DNA of 64,000 nucleotides from the human T2T-CHM13v2.0 reference genome, Homo sapiens. Positions within the stretch are counted from its first letter, which is position 1. Each line of letters starts with the position of its first letter. Location of the stretch: NCBI RefSeq assembly GCF_009914755.1, contig NC_060947.1, one strand, 5' to 3'. The notes beneath the pieces are model-generated. The model did not search any database. It was given only the letters and a program-made list of their open reading frames with translations, and was not told the origin of the DNA. Both the position numbers and the translations under genes were made by a program. Positions 11,823-25,113 of this stretch are shown in pieces.

Positions 11823-13689
11823 CACTACATACTTAAGAGCTGGACCAGTGTGTCTCAATGGAGCTCCAAACTTTATGATAACCAAAACTACCACTGTACA
11901 CTTTTAAACACCCCCAGGAGTGTGGTAAAGGTTCACTAAGAGCCACTGATAATCCAATGTGGCTTGAGTACAGGGTATATGGAAGAAGTGGCAGGCAGTG
12001 CCTAGCTAAGGAGCTTCAATGCTATCCAGCAGTTAGTCCTCTTCCAAGTGTACAGTTCATGGACTAAGATCTCTTCCCTTGAGAAAATCTGCTACCTCCC
12101 TGTAAACAGGGCCTTTCCACAAGATCCCAAGTGTCAGCCTAAGATGATGAGCCCCCCAGAAAATAGAGGCTTGCATAATTCCATCTCCCACCATTTCCCA
12201 TCCTGTGGAAGGCTGACCATCCTACCAAGCTGTGGCCAATTGAAGTGAACAAATTTGCTACAATCGTAAATACACAGCTGGAATATGCAGCTCTATAGTG
12301 AACAAAATGGGTCATTAAGCATGCATTAGCAGCTGGTAACCTACACTTTAAAACTGCTATTAACCTGCTGATAAGACATTTTAAACAATAAATAAAAGAC
12401 ACCCTTAAGAATGGTGTGAATGTATTTATATGTTCCAAAGCTTTCAAAGTGATAATGATTTATTTTCGTCAGTGCTTTTAATTCTTACAACTCCTGCCTT
12501 TTCTACATTTTTCCACCACTCATTTAAGAGAGGCACAAAACATCCTCATTCTCATTTCTGAGAGGCACTCTCAGGAGGGAGTGGTTTAGCAGTATTCAAA
12601 AAACAAGATTTCAACATGCTTAGGGGTATTGGGTGGTAGAAGTAAAGGTCTTCTCCCCAAATCTCAAGGTCAGCCAACTCCAGTACACTCTAAGCAGCAG
12701 TAATGTTTCCTGGGCCTTGAGGGAAGGGAATCTGTGAGTTTTGAATAAAGTAACCACACTGTTACCTTGGTTAGGTTGTGGTCTGAGAGTACTCAAAGAA
12801 AAAGTTCATTTTCCCAGTATATTGGTGAGAGGGTTTAGTGAGGTTTTTAGCTGCTTCTATTTTAAAGACCCTTTCCTAAATATGTTGCAATTACATTCCA
12901 ATCAGCCTACCTTCTCTTTGTGCCTCAATCTCATTCACAAATTAAAACAACATTTTCTGGGGACTAGTTTACTCAAAATTGTAATTATTGCTTCATTGAT
13001 TGCAAACCATGAACCACCCACTTCTCTTAAATACAGACAGCTGGGCCATCTGTTCCCTATGAATCATGTAAACAGAGAAGACTTGACAGAAAGATTTAAA
13101 CACTTTCCAACCTGGTTCTGCCTTATTTCAAAAATGCAATCAACTGTCCAGAGACTTAACAGATGCAATGGTTAAGATGTGACCTGCCAACCTGATCCTC
13201 TCATGTAACATAGAAAGTTCTGGTTAGAAAATTAGGTCAAAGCATCCAACCTTGTCATATTTGTTCTTCCTGCTCATTTAATTAAATTTTAAAAAAATTA
13301 TATGGAAAATACATACACAGGAAATAAAAATTTAAGCAGTACAGAATGGTACAAAATGACAAGTAAAATGCTCTCTTCCTGCCGCTTGCTCCCAGACAAA
13401 TCCCTTTAGACATTTGAATTTTCTGTTTTTTTGTACTTTTGATTAACTAGAGACTCTAGTTCTTGGTTTATCAATTTTAATCTGTACTGAGACTTCCCAC
13501 TAAAAAAAAAGATGATACATTTAGCTCCCTCATCCTCTCTCATGATGTAGCCAAGACCCTAACTCATTAATCCTACCTCTCTTTTTTCTCCCCTTGAAAT
13601 GTCTATTATAGCTTTTAGTTTTTATATTAGTTGTATAAACTTCAAATAATACACTTAAGCCTTCATTTCTTAATCCATTCACTTGGTTT

Positions 13690-14040
13690 TTATTATTTTT
13701 TTAATATTTTCCTTTTTATAGTTTACATATTTTGCCTTGTGGAAGAAATCTTTCCCTGCTGCAAGATTACAAAAATATTCTCGTATACTTTATTCTAAAA
13801 GTTTTGTCTATTACACTTAAGCCCCTAAACCATCTGGAATTGATCGCTGTATAGAGTGTGAAGTAGAGATCCAATTTCACTTTTTCCGTATGGATAATCA
13901 TTTGTTTCAGCAGTGTTTATTAAATAGTCCAAGCTTGCCCTACAGTTTTGCAATATTACTTCTGTTATATATCAAGTGCTATACAATACTTTCAATATAA
14001 AATCTGTCTCTGGAACCTGTATTCTCTCCTCTTGGTAAAT
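13690..14040 (-). mobile_element. Ancient L1 (L1ME-type) ORF2 fragment
   Basis: AAGAAATCTTTCCC...CATCTGGAATTGAT...ATCCAATTTCAC...TTTATTAAATAGTCC. Confidence 0.7.
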
Positions 14041-14069
14041 TTATTCAATTAAATTGTATGCCTTAGGGT

Positions 14070-14330
14070 CACCACACCCTGTGAGCCTTGGTTTTCTCAT
14101 CCTTAAACTGGGGATAACAATATCTTGCCCTAACTACCTCAGAGAGTTAGTGGGAAGTCAAGTGAAATAACATATGCCAAGACACTTTGACAAATGGAAA
14201 GTGTTATTCCAGTTATGGAACCATAACATGCTGGCATCAAAGTGACTTTAGATATCACTTCATTTAGTCCTTTATATTTACAGAAGAGGAAACTGGGGTT
14301 TCGAGCAGTTGAGTGATCTGCTCACGTAGA
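14070..14330. mobile_element. Two MIR fragments (+ then -)
   Basis: GAGCCTTGGTTTTCTCATCC...GGGGATAACAAT; ACAGAAGAGGAAACTGGGG. Confidence 0.6.
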
Positions 14331-15454
14331 AGGCCTCATTATTATGCTCCTAGAGTGTGCTTCCTGAGGCCTCAGCCTAAAGTAAAGTACATTTTATCTG
14401 ATCCCACAAAAAGATCGAGTCAAGGACTTAATCCTCTAGGTCTGTCTGTTGGATACTGTTTATGTTTTCCCCTAAATGTGATGTAATCGCTGAAGTTTGA
14501 TATATTACTTCCTGTGCCTAATGGCCAATTTCAAGGTTAAATGGTGCAAATGCAATTTTGCATAAGCCACCTCTGATTTAACAGCAGAGATTGATATACA
14601 TCACAGCCACTTAACAAATGGCATCTATCCAGTTGGTGCCTGTCACACAGCTATTATGTGTTAAATATAAGGCATATTAGGTGATTTATATTGCTACTTT
14701 ATGTAAAACGAGAACATCTATTTATGAAAACTGGCCCATCTATGAATTGGCAAACACACCTGAACAAGAAGACAAAAGTTTGATTTAAACATTAAATAGC
14801 AATAAAGATAATTTAAAACTTTCATTTTCATTTAGTTAGAAAAAAATGTGTCTCAGTCAAAGACTGAATTTGGGCAGATAGTCCACAAACAGGGAATAAC
14901 TATTAGCATAAGATAAAGTGTGGTTATAAAAGCATTGTTTTTTTTTTACTGTGAAATATGTCATTTACAAAGAAAGATTAAGCATGCCTGTAGTTTAAAG
15001 ATTAATAGTAAAAAATAAAGCAACCGTTTCTATATCTATCACTCAGGTTAAAAAATAGTATATTATCAATACCTTAGAGGCCCTTGGTGTGTACCCTCTA
15101 TAGCACCTCTAAACTCCCAGGGCTAACTACAACCCTGTATATTATGCTAATTATTCCCTCGCTTTTGTTTATAATTTTTGCTGCATATGTGTGATTTCCT
15201 AAAAGATGCATTGAATAATTTTGCCTTGTTTTGAAAATTACATAAAAAGGAATCATAATGTTTGTTTTTTTGGCATTTTCTCCCTTCATCTGCATTGGAA
15301 CTTAATTGGCTGAGCCTTAGATACGTTTTTAACTTACACAAATTTAACTATGTGATACAAAATAGAAAGAAGAAGAAGAAAGGAAGAAATAACAAAAATA
15401 GTGAAAGAGAGAAAAATGATCATTTAAACAGCATTGGCGATTCTTTCCCCCATC

Positions 15455-15626
15455 CAGAGTTGTTAAATAAAATATAGGACACAAAGTTGGTTTTCAGATT
15501 TTAAAAATCATAAAAATTTAAAATATAATTATTACATTTTAATACTAAAAAATTATTAGTTGTTTATCCAATATTCAAGTTTAACTGGGCTTCCTGTTTC
15601 ATTTTGTTTGCTAAATTTGGCAGCCT
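15455..15626. mobile_element. MER53 hAT MITE
   Basis: ATAAAATATAGGACAC...ATACTAAAAAATTATTAGTTGTTTATC...TTTAACTGGGC...TTTGCTAAATTTGGCAGCCT. Confidence 0.75.
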
Positions 15627-15868
15627 ATCCTATCCCATTCAATGTGCCTGCACCCAGAGTGAATGGAGGTATGAAAAAATGTGACTCTTGTTTTTTCAAG
15701 TATTTTCCAGTATCATGTGACAGTGTTATGTGTAAATCCAGTGCTCAAACATAGAAATAGTAAGGTGTTCCAATGCTGAAGGGAAAACTGACTTATTGGG
15801 AGATATGTTGCTCTCTAACATGGCACCTTCCTAAATTATTTTTGAAGGTAATTTTGATTATACACAAT

Positions 15869-16358
15869 TGTATCAGGAGATGCATTCAATCATTAGTAAC
15901 AGAGACCCAACCATAATATTTGAAAAATAAGAACTTATTCCCTCATATGAAGGAAATACAGGGATGATGTAATGGTTTCAAATGTTTGATCAGAGACTCA
16001 AGCTCCTATCTTTCTGCTTCACCATTCTTAGTGCTAACTGCCATCCTCAAAGTCACTTTATGGTCCATGATGGCTGCTAGAGCTCTAGTCATGAATTTTG
16101 CATTTCAAGCAGGAAATATGAGGGGTAGCGGGAGATAAGGGCATTCACCAGCATTCTGTTCAATTTTCAATAGCTTTCCTGCAAGTCCCTCCTAATAAGG
16201 TCCACTTAGATTCCATTAACCTTTTCTAGGTCAGAAATATAGATTTTGATAAGCACATTACTATCCAGAAAAAAAAAAAAAACCTCAGGGTCCGGTCCTG
16301 CCATTAATGAGGAAGAGAAAAGTAAATATTGGGTAGGCAATTAGTAGTCTCTGCCACA
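15869..16358 (-). mobile_element. LTR33-like ERVL LTR
   Basis: AGTAACAGAGACCC...CATGATGGCTGCTAGAGCTCTAG...ATATTGGGTAGGCAATTAGTAGTCTCTGCCACA terminus. Confidence 0.65.
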
Positions 16359-17419
16359 GTGATTTTTGCCTTATCAACTGAACTAAGAACCCAACCCCCA
16401 AGTAAGACAGGACTCCACTATTTACTATTTACAAGAAAAGTTGCCTAAATTCTCATTCATTGCTTTTTTGGATTATAAAGAATCAGTTCAATTATATTAG
16501 CATGTTAGAAAAACAGTGAATAAATCTGTCTATATATTTGACATGTATTTTAGTCCAAACTACTACACTGCTATAAATAAGTAGCCCCTTCATTTAAATA
16601 CTCCACAAGTAACATACTTTGAAATATTTAAGTACTAATTATTGGCACTAATAAATTCAGCCAATCTAAGAAACACTTTAGCTTTATTAACAAATCTTAA
16701 CATTAAGTTTTATGCCAAGAAAAAATATTTAAAGGATCTTATACATAATCCGTGTACAGGGATAATTGTCGTATCTCCTAAACTGTTTGGAAGATGATCA
16801 GAGGTATTATTTGAGCTGTGCTTCTTGTCTGTCTGACATAGAAGTGTGTTGGATACTCCACCTAGGCCCTTTAATTCATTAGTAAACTATCATATTCATT
16901 TTGTGGGTTTCCAGAATCCTTATTTACCCTCAGGGACATCATTCGGTCCTTTACCTTCACCTGAAATGTGTAGAGGGATGCACTGTAAATAAAAGACGAA
17001 TGCATTTATCATTTAAGCAGTTACAGAAAGAGTCAGGTAAGAAAAGAAATTGAAATAATGAGATAAAACTTAATTTTAGAGCTATTTGTATATTCAACTT
17101 ACTAATGATTTCCTGTATAAGCAAGAGTTTATTCTATAGCAAAACTAGATACTCCATAAGATAACTGCTGGCTCCCTAATTCCCAACTTTTCCAAGTGTA
17201 AGAGCCAATTCTGGAAACAGGAGGATCACCAACTACTCCAGCATGTTCTCACCCAGTAGCTTCCAAAGCAAAGTCCAGGGATAGAGTTGTGAGCATCACT
17301 GCAGTTCAGTACTTAACTCCTACTTCCACACTCAGATTCACCAGCTTGCACAGGTGGCTGCACATACTATATACTCTAACTGCATGGCTATATCTCCTTA
17401 TTGTCAAAGGGAAAAAAAT

Positions 17420-17765
17420 GGCATTTGCTTCCACATATTTGCACCTTTGATTATGAGATTCCCTCAGCCTGGAATATTCTTCCTGCATCTTCTTTACCAA
17501 ACTGGACTCATTTTCCAAGGCCCACATGAATAGCTAACCTCTTCTGTGAAGCCATCCCTAATTTCTTCAGGCAGAACTAACTTAATCTTCCTCTATATTT
17601 TCACACCACTTTGCTTAGCACTGATAACTCTGTCTAGCATGCATTTCATTCTGTTTTGTATGAAGAATGTTTATATAATTGTCTCTTCCACTATATTGTG
17701 AACAATTTGTGGTCTGGGGGCAGATGTTAGTTCATCTTTGTTCAAGACATAGAATCTCCCAGCCC
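17420..17765 (+). mobile_element. L2 3' remnant
   Basis: CAGCCTGGAAT...CTCATTTTCCAAGGCCCA...CCTCTTCTGTGAAGCC...TGTCTCTTCCACTA. Confidence 0.6.
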
Positions 17766-17935
17766 TTGTGGCTCTTTGTTCAAAGTGGTCCTCATCCCAT
17801 TATATTATTTGGGGAAAAGGTAAACAGTCATTCTTTTTTCTTATTCACCACAGATAAAACATGCATTGATTGAGTCAAAAAGTCCTCCAAAGACTTAATA
17901 CACTATGAGCCAGTATTATATTTAACAAAAGAGTA

Positions 17936-18245
17936 GGCCAGGCCCAGTGGTTCGTGCCTGTAATCCCAGAACTTTGGGAGGCAGAGGTGGGCGGATCACT
18001 TGAGGTCAGGAATTGGAGACCAGTCTGGCCAACATGGCGAAATCCCGTCTCTATTACAAATACAAAAATTAGTCAGGAGTGGTGGTGCATGCTTGTAGTC
18101 CCAGCTACTCGGGAGGCTGAGGCAGGAGAATCACTTGAAACTTGGAGGCGGAGATTGCAGTGAGCCAATATCATGCCACTGCACTACAGCCTGGGGTAAA
18201 AGAGCGAGACCCTGTTTCAAAAAAAAAAAAAAAAAAAAAAAAAAA
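17936..18245 (+). mobile_element. AluS (Sx/Sz-like), full length
   Basis: GGCCAGGC...GGATCACTTGAGGTCAGG...dimer with long A tail. Confidence 0.96.
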
Positions 18246-18979
18246 GGCTATCTGCTTCATCCAATGGAATGTTTGTATTGCAAGCGCAGAAAGCCCTCCT
18301 TAAGATATACCTCTAAAATCTAACCTAAAAAGAGTATTATGGAAAGTCTCCAGTGTACTCCTTAGAAAACATTAGCCAACCACCACTAAAATCTATGCTT
18401 ATGTCTATTACCTATTCCTCAAAATCTGTTCTTGCTATCTTCATGGAAAAGAAGGGATTTTAGAAAATGTGTGGAGCACAGCTTTTCCCATCTTATCAGC
18501 CAGCTTCATAATCAACTGATGTCTGGGCTCTAACCTAGAGGTGAAGTTAGATAAGTAGCCACATATTTCCAACACACAGTTGTTGGGAGGAACACCATGT
18601 TGATCTGGCTCTCATTTCAGTCTGGTAGGGCTCAAGGGAAGAGCAACCTACCCAGTCATCAACTGGATTTCCTTCTTTCATTATTTCAGACACATCCTTG
18701 CAAACAACGAACTTCTAAAATAAGCACTTTGAATCAGTTTAGTCTAATATCTGGGCCCAGTTGGGACTCTGGGAACAAAAGTTCTAAAATGAATATCAAG
18801 GTATTCACCACTACAGTCCTTTTGGCTGAATAGCAGAAGAGATTGTATGGGGAGATGCAATAATAAGAAAAATGTCTAGCAATCTCTGCTTTTTCTTCAG
18901 CCAGGCTACCAGACAAGCCTCTGAATCCCCAAAGTGATTTGTACTCAGTGACACTGTGTTCTGAAAATAACAACTCTTT

Positions 18980-19230
18980 TAATATGGTGAAGTAAAAAGA
19001 TTGGGGTGTTTGAAATTTGATAAATCTGAGCTTAAATCTTCGCCTTATCATTTATGGAAGCTCACTACGTGAAGTTGGTACAAATTACTTAAGATTCTTG
19101 AAGTACTTATCTATTTCTTAAACTGTAAAATGGAGTTGTCTACCACATTGGATTATTGTAATGCAACACTGAAATGATGAAGAGCTCAGCACACAGGAAG
19201 CATGCATTTAATAATATCTGTAATCCATGA
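18980..19230 (+). mobile_element. MIR
   Basis: CAAATTACTTAA...CTGTAAAATGGAG...GGATTATTGTAA core. Confidence 0.55.
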
Positions 19231-19689
19231 TTATCAGTTGTCAGCAAAGGCTGGTGGGTAACAAAGAGTCTTGTCCCTTGAGTATTTGGTATGTACTTGA
19301 TAGTTTTGGATTTTTGCATGAACTAATAGTTCACGTTTTTATCTAACAACTATGGAATACTAAACAGTGCCTATGAGGTTAAATTCCAAGTGGTGTAATT
19401 TCCTTCTAAAAGCTTCACAATCTTCATTCATCCTCAATCTGAAATCTGAAATCCCTTTAGTTCCAGCTTACAGATCAGCTAAATTGAAAGCCTCAGTGAC
19501 AATTAAACTTTTATGGAGCATTAAAGAAGAATCTGGAAACAGGTTTTGTTATAAACAAAAGGAGAAAATAAACAATGATGAAGATATTGGGCCATAGAAA
19601 AAGGCTAACACCAAAGAGTAGAGATGAGTGAAGTCAGAAAAAGAAAAGCCCTAAATATAAGCTTGGCCTACATCAAGACTCTTAGGTAA

Positions 19690-19910
19690 TAATAATTATT
19701 GTTATTAAATAATATGTGCCCTGCACTGTTCTAAGCCTTTACATGGATTCTTTCATGAAATAACCCTCTTAGGTTATTATAATTACTATTCCAGTTTTGT
19801 AAATGAAAATACTGAGGCACAGAGAGGTAAAATAATTTTCCAAGGTCATTTATTGGCAGAATCAGGATTTGGATACAGGCTGGCTGAATCCTGATCCTGT
19901 GATTTCAAGC
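19690..19910 (-). mobile_element. MIR
   Basis: GCACTGTTCTAAGCCTTTACATGGATT...ACTGAGGCACAGAGAGGTAA...CCAAGGTCA. Confidence 0.8.
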
Positions 19911-20068
19911 TTCACCTATGTTGATGGAAAAAGGTACAAGACATAGTTCTAAGCACTTCTCATTAATTATCTCATGATTCTTCAACAATCCTTAGGAGCC
20001 AATACCATTATTAACTCTATTTGACAGATGAAGAAACTAATTCTCAAGGGTGGGGGGGAGGGAAATAA

Positions 20069-20193
20069 CTGGATGTGGTGGCCCGTGCCTGTAATCACAG
20101 TGTTTTGGGAAGCTGAGGAGGCAGGATCACTTGAACCCGGGAGTTCAAGACCAGCCTAGGCAATGTATTGAGACCTTGTCAAAAAAAAAAAAA
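20069..20193 (+). mobile_element. FLAM (Alu monomer) inserted in a MIR
   Basis: Single Alu left-type monomer ending GAGACCTTGTC-A13; antisense MIR on both sides (19945-20045, 20360-20420). Confidence 0.85.
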
Positions 20194-20243
20194 AGAAAAG
20201 AAAAGAAAGAAAGAAGGAAGGAAGGAAGGAAGGAAAAGAAGGA

Positions 20244-20311
<68 letters not shown>

Positions 20312-20350
20312 AAAGAAAGAAAGAGAGAAAGAAAGAAAGAAAAAAGAAAG
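20194..20350. repeat. (GAAA)n/(GGAA)n microsatellite derived from the FLAM tail
   Basis: Direct reading. Confidence 0.97.
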
Positions 20351-20446
20351 CAAGCAAATCAGTGACACAGCCAAGATTCAGAACCGTGCATTTTGGTTCT
20401 GTGGCCTGCACTCCCATCTGATACTGCATCTCCAGACACAATGATA

Positions 20447-20779
20447 CAGGTTGAGTATTACTTATCTGAAATGGGTGGGAGCAGAAATGTATCTGATTTT
20501 GGATTTTATTGTATTTGGAATATTCACATATATATAATGAGATATCCTGAGGATGGGAACCAAGTATAAGCATGAAATTCATTTAGGTTTCATATATACC
20601 TTATGCACATAACCTATAGGTAATTTTATGCAGTATTTTAAATAATTTTGTGCATGAAATAAAGTTTTAAATATGCACGTGTAGAATTTTCCACTTGTGG
20701 CATCATGTTGGCAATCCAAAAGTTTTGGATTCTGGAGCATTTCAGATTTTGGATTTTCAGATTAGGGATGCTCAACCTG
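20447..20779. mobile_element. Tigger4 (Zombi/MER46) MITE with TIRs and TA duplications
   Basis: TA-CAGGTTGAGTAT...ATGCTCAACCTG-TA terminal inverted repeats. Confidence 0.9.
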
Positions 20780-21333
20780 TATTAAGCACATCTAACAGAT
20801 GAGAAACTGGTGTTCAGTGGCTGAGGTGCCACAGTCACTCAGCAGAAATAGGTCCTAAATTCAGAGTCCCTAAAGTTTTATTTTTACTAGGCTACCTGAC
20901 CCCTTACCATAGAGACTGTCCTGTGGTTTGGGACTTTAGTTTTCAAGGCCTTTTGTAGTTCTGCCTCGTTGTCAAATAGGTAACTCAAAGGCACTTTTTT
21001 AGTCTTTGGTTATTACACAACAGTTTGGTGAATTATTTGCTGTTCTTTTCTGGTATTCCAAAGCTAACAATTTCTAAAGAGTTAATCTAAGAAGATTATA
21101 AGAAATAAATAGCCCTGGACTGTTTGTCTCTAACCCTTACCCTCTCCCTCTTCAGGACTTACAGGAAATATATTGGCAATAATCAAAGGAAACTCAGTAA
21201 TTCAGCCAGCATTACCTAACAAATCTCCTTGAAACTATTTTAAAAGCGACGGATGAGTACAAGGTCCTGGAAAGCACATGTTCTTTCTTCCTTAATTGCT
21301 GCCTAACTAAAAGCAAACAATATTGAGAATCTT

Positions 21334-21648
21334 TCTTTTTCTTTTTTTTTTTTTTTTTTTGAGTTGGGGTCTTGCTCTGTCTCCCAGGCTGTAGTGCAGT
21401 GACATGATCATGACTCACTGCAGCCTTGAACTCCTAGACTCAACGGGTCTTCCCACCTCAGCCCCCATGTAGCTGGAACTACAGACATGTGCCACCAAGC
21501 CCAGCTAACTTACTTTATTTTATTTTTGTAGAGATAGGGTCTCGCTATTTTGTCCAGGCTGGTCTCAAACTCCTGGCCTCAAGCCATTCTCCTGCCTCAA
21601 CCTCCCAAAGTTTTGGGATTACAAACATGAGCCATGGCACTCAGCCAC
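21334..21648 (-). mobile_element. AluJ with 13-bp TSD
   Basis: Antisense Alu; TATTGAGAATCTT at 21321-21333 and 21649-21661. Confidence 0.95.
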
Positions 21649-22398
21649 TATTGAGAATCTTATCTCTGAAATGCACTACCTCAGATGGCAGAAGAAGCTG
21701 TACGTATACCTATTAAATAGGCCTATTGAAACCTTGTTTGTTCAATATTAATTAAGTGATGCTAATATAACCCAACCTCTGTGAACAAGCCAAGAAGATA
21801 CCTGTGGATACTGGGACAAGTATTTCCTATTTGTATAACCCTTATAATTTAAGTAGTTCATGTTACTTTTATAAACACTGGAACTTAGCCTTCTAACACA
21901 CCCAAGTTATAAGAAAGGGGCAAATCTTTAGTCCTTCCTATTTGAATTTTAAAAATTGAGGCACAATCATATTAAACAAGACAGGTTTCCAAATTTTCAA
22001 CTCACTGCTGTGTCCTTAAACTACATAGAGGGTCTACATAGCAGGACTGATTCTAGGTAAAAATACAAAGGTGAAATTTGTCTTTGGGCCCTTCTGCATT
22101 TTTCTTTACCCATTCAGCAATCTTCATGCCCTTTCTGTGATTTTCTCCCCCTCTGCTCAAATGGCGCAATGCTAAAATACTTTACTTATGGCTTCTAATA
22201 TGGACCAGATCTATACTTTGTGACTTCCTCTCCACATCTCCCACTCTAGAAATTACCTGAGTTGCATTGCAATAGGACTTCCTACAAAAAGTGTCATGTA
22301 GGAAAGCAATCAGGTGACCTGACAATCCCACTTCTGGGAATGGATGTGACAGATATAAATTACCAGGCAGTAAAAATAGATGTAGGAAGATGTAAGAG

Positions 22399-22510
22399 TA
22401 GAGTGACCAGCTGTCCCAGTTTTCCCAAGACTGAAGAGTTTCCTCGGAATGGGACTTTCAGTGCTTAAACCAGTAAAGTCTCAGATGACCTGAAACAAGT
22501 TGGCAACCCA
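22399..22510. mobile_element. MER81-like hAT-Blackjack MITE within an L1ME remnant (~22310-22760)
   Basis: TAGAGTGACCAGCTGTCCCAGTTT...GGGACTTTCAGTGCT...GTTGGCAACCC. Confidence 0.7.
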
Positions 22511-22776
22511 AGGAGTATTGTTTACAGTAAGCAAAAAACAGAAAAAAACAAACAAACTAACTAAATGTTCACCAATAGGGTAATACTTGAGTAAATTATG
22601 ACACATCATTTTATAGAATACTATCCAACTACTTAAAAAATGAAGTAAATATATATTGAATAGAAAAGATGACTACAGGAATTATCAAATGAAAAAGCCA
22701 ATTATATAATAATATGTCTAGTATGATACAATTTTGGTGAAAACATTTAAAAAAGACAATTAAGTTAGAAAAGTAA

Positions 22777-23135
<359 letters not shown>

Positions 23136-23848
23136 CTAAAAATGAAAAAATAACTTGGCATTTTAAAAATCCATTTTTGTAGTGGCTAACACAGGGATGA
23201 CTCATATATTCTGAGAGGTCATTAGGGCAATAATTAATAGCTCTATTACCTCAGGCCTAGGAATTTTGAAAAATTTATCCCAAATACATGAAAGAATAGA
23301 GAAATCTGGAATAACTAAGAATTATAGTGTCATATAATCTCACCAGAAAACATGTGAGCATTCAAAGACGAATGAAAAAAATAGAATGAAAACAAACAGG
23401 CATGATTTTCCATTTCTTGTAAAGTAGCCTAAAAAAAAGCCAAATACAATTTCCAGTGACGGAAGTTTTAAATAAATAACAACGTAGAGTTGTTTGGATT
23501 TGATGATGGCGTGGATCTTTGATATAAACAAGTTCACTGTATGTTATATATGGAAATAAGTAAAAGTGATTAGAAAATTTCAGTGAGGGGAATACAGTCT
23601 GTGCAGAAACTGTTTTGTGAAGGAAATATGTCATAGACATATTCAAGACTTTGGGGAGTTGTCAATGTCTCAGGACATATCTCCCTTGAATGTTAAAGAT
23701 CGTCAGTATACAAAAAGAAAAAAGGGTAGAAATTACACCAAAAGAGTAATGATAGTTCTTGCTGATTAATGGGAATACAAGCTATTTTGGTTATTCCTTA
23801 GTAATCTTTTTTGTTTTTTCCAAATTTATCTAGAAATGAAATATTGTC

Positions 23849-23962
23849 TTTTTTTATTATTATTATACTTTAAGTTTTAGGGTACATGTGCACAATGTGC
23901 AGGTTTGTTACATATGTATACATGTGCCATGTTGGTGTGCTGCACCCATTAACTCGTCATTT
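23849..23962 (-). mobile_element. Severely 5'-truncated young L1PA 3' end
   Basis: TTATTATACTTTAAGTTTTAGGGTACATGTGCACAATGTGCAGGTTTGTTACATATG...ACTCGTCATTT. Confidence 0.92.
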
Positions 23963-24029
23963 TAATCAGAAACAAAAAGCATTGAGTCAGCTCCTATCCA
24001 TCACTGGAGGGAGCATGAGGAAAAGGATT

Positions 24030-25050
24030 GTTCCAATACAGTGTAAATTACTGACCCCTTTTTGGAAGGCAATTGGTTGTATCAGTAAAATTTTTAAACT
24101 TGAATATCTTCAACCCAATAATTCTACTTTTCTGTGCAGACATCTATATGTACCAGGACAAACATTGCAACTTTATTATAACAGCATTTTATTTTACTAT
24201 TGATGAGCAACCTAGTGTTCATCAATAGGATATTTATTAAATAAATTAAGGTACATACTTGCTAAGGAATGAATGGAAGACATTTTTAAAAACAAGATAA
24301 ATATGTATGTTATGACATAGAAAGCTGTCCGTATAATGTGGTTGAATGAAAAAAATGTAGAACAATGTGTGTGTAATCCTATTTTTATATCTACACAAAT
24401 ACACTTGTATGTTCATAGAAAAAATCTAGAGACTAAACTGTTAACAGTGGTTACTTCTGTAGAGGTGAGGGGAAAGAGTGGACAGTTCTCTTTATATATC
24501 TACATGTTGCTTCGGGGTTTTTTTTAAAATCATAAGCGTGTATTATCTTGTTAAAAAGCCTTTTCACCCAAAGTAAGCATCTGACAGAATGGATAAATTG
24601 TACTATATCTGTACAATAGCATAGTTAGGCATTAAAACAGATGAATTATAGCCTTACATGTCAACATGGATGAACCACAAACATAATGTTGAGAAGAGTT
24701 TCAGAAAAATATACGCAGTGTGGATCCATGTATGTAAAGATCCAAAACATGCATAAACCCTAAACAACATTGTTTAGAGATACACATATGAAAAAGAGGA
24801 AGGGAATGACAAACATAAAATTTAGAGTAGTAGTTACTTCTGGAGACGAGGAAGGGGCACCCAGATGCTTCAAGGATTTGGGTTAATTCTATTTTTTTAG
24901 GCTGGGTAGTTGGGTAAACGAGTATTCATTTCATTATTATTCTTTAAACAATATTCATTATGTTGCGTATGCTCTCATATATACAATAGATTTCATACAT
25001 GAAAATTACATTATAGATTTCATAACTAAAAATTTAAACAAAAGAAAAAC
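24030..25050 (+). mobile_element. L1ME-type 3' remnants
   Basis: TTTTGGAAGGCAATTGG, TGTTCATCAATAGGA, TCAACATGGATGAA, GTAGTTACTTCTGG motifs. Confidence 0.65.
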
Positions 25051-25074
25051 ATTTATGTTATCCTGAAAACAATC

Positions 25075-25078
<4 letters not shown>

Positions 25079-25110
<32 letters not shown>
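25079..25110. repeat. (CA)16 microsatellite
   Basis: Direct reading. Confidence 0.97.

Positions 25111-25113
<3 letters not shown>

Noticed and set aside
12741-13175. 144-aa ORF
   Set aside because: TTG start, no homology, no gene structure
20131-20582. KERK and FFLS repeat ORFs that look transmembrane or charged
   Set aside because: Translations of the (GAAA)n microsatellite
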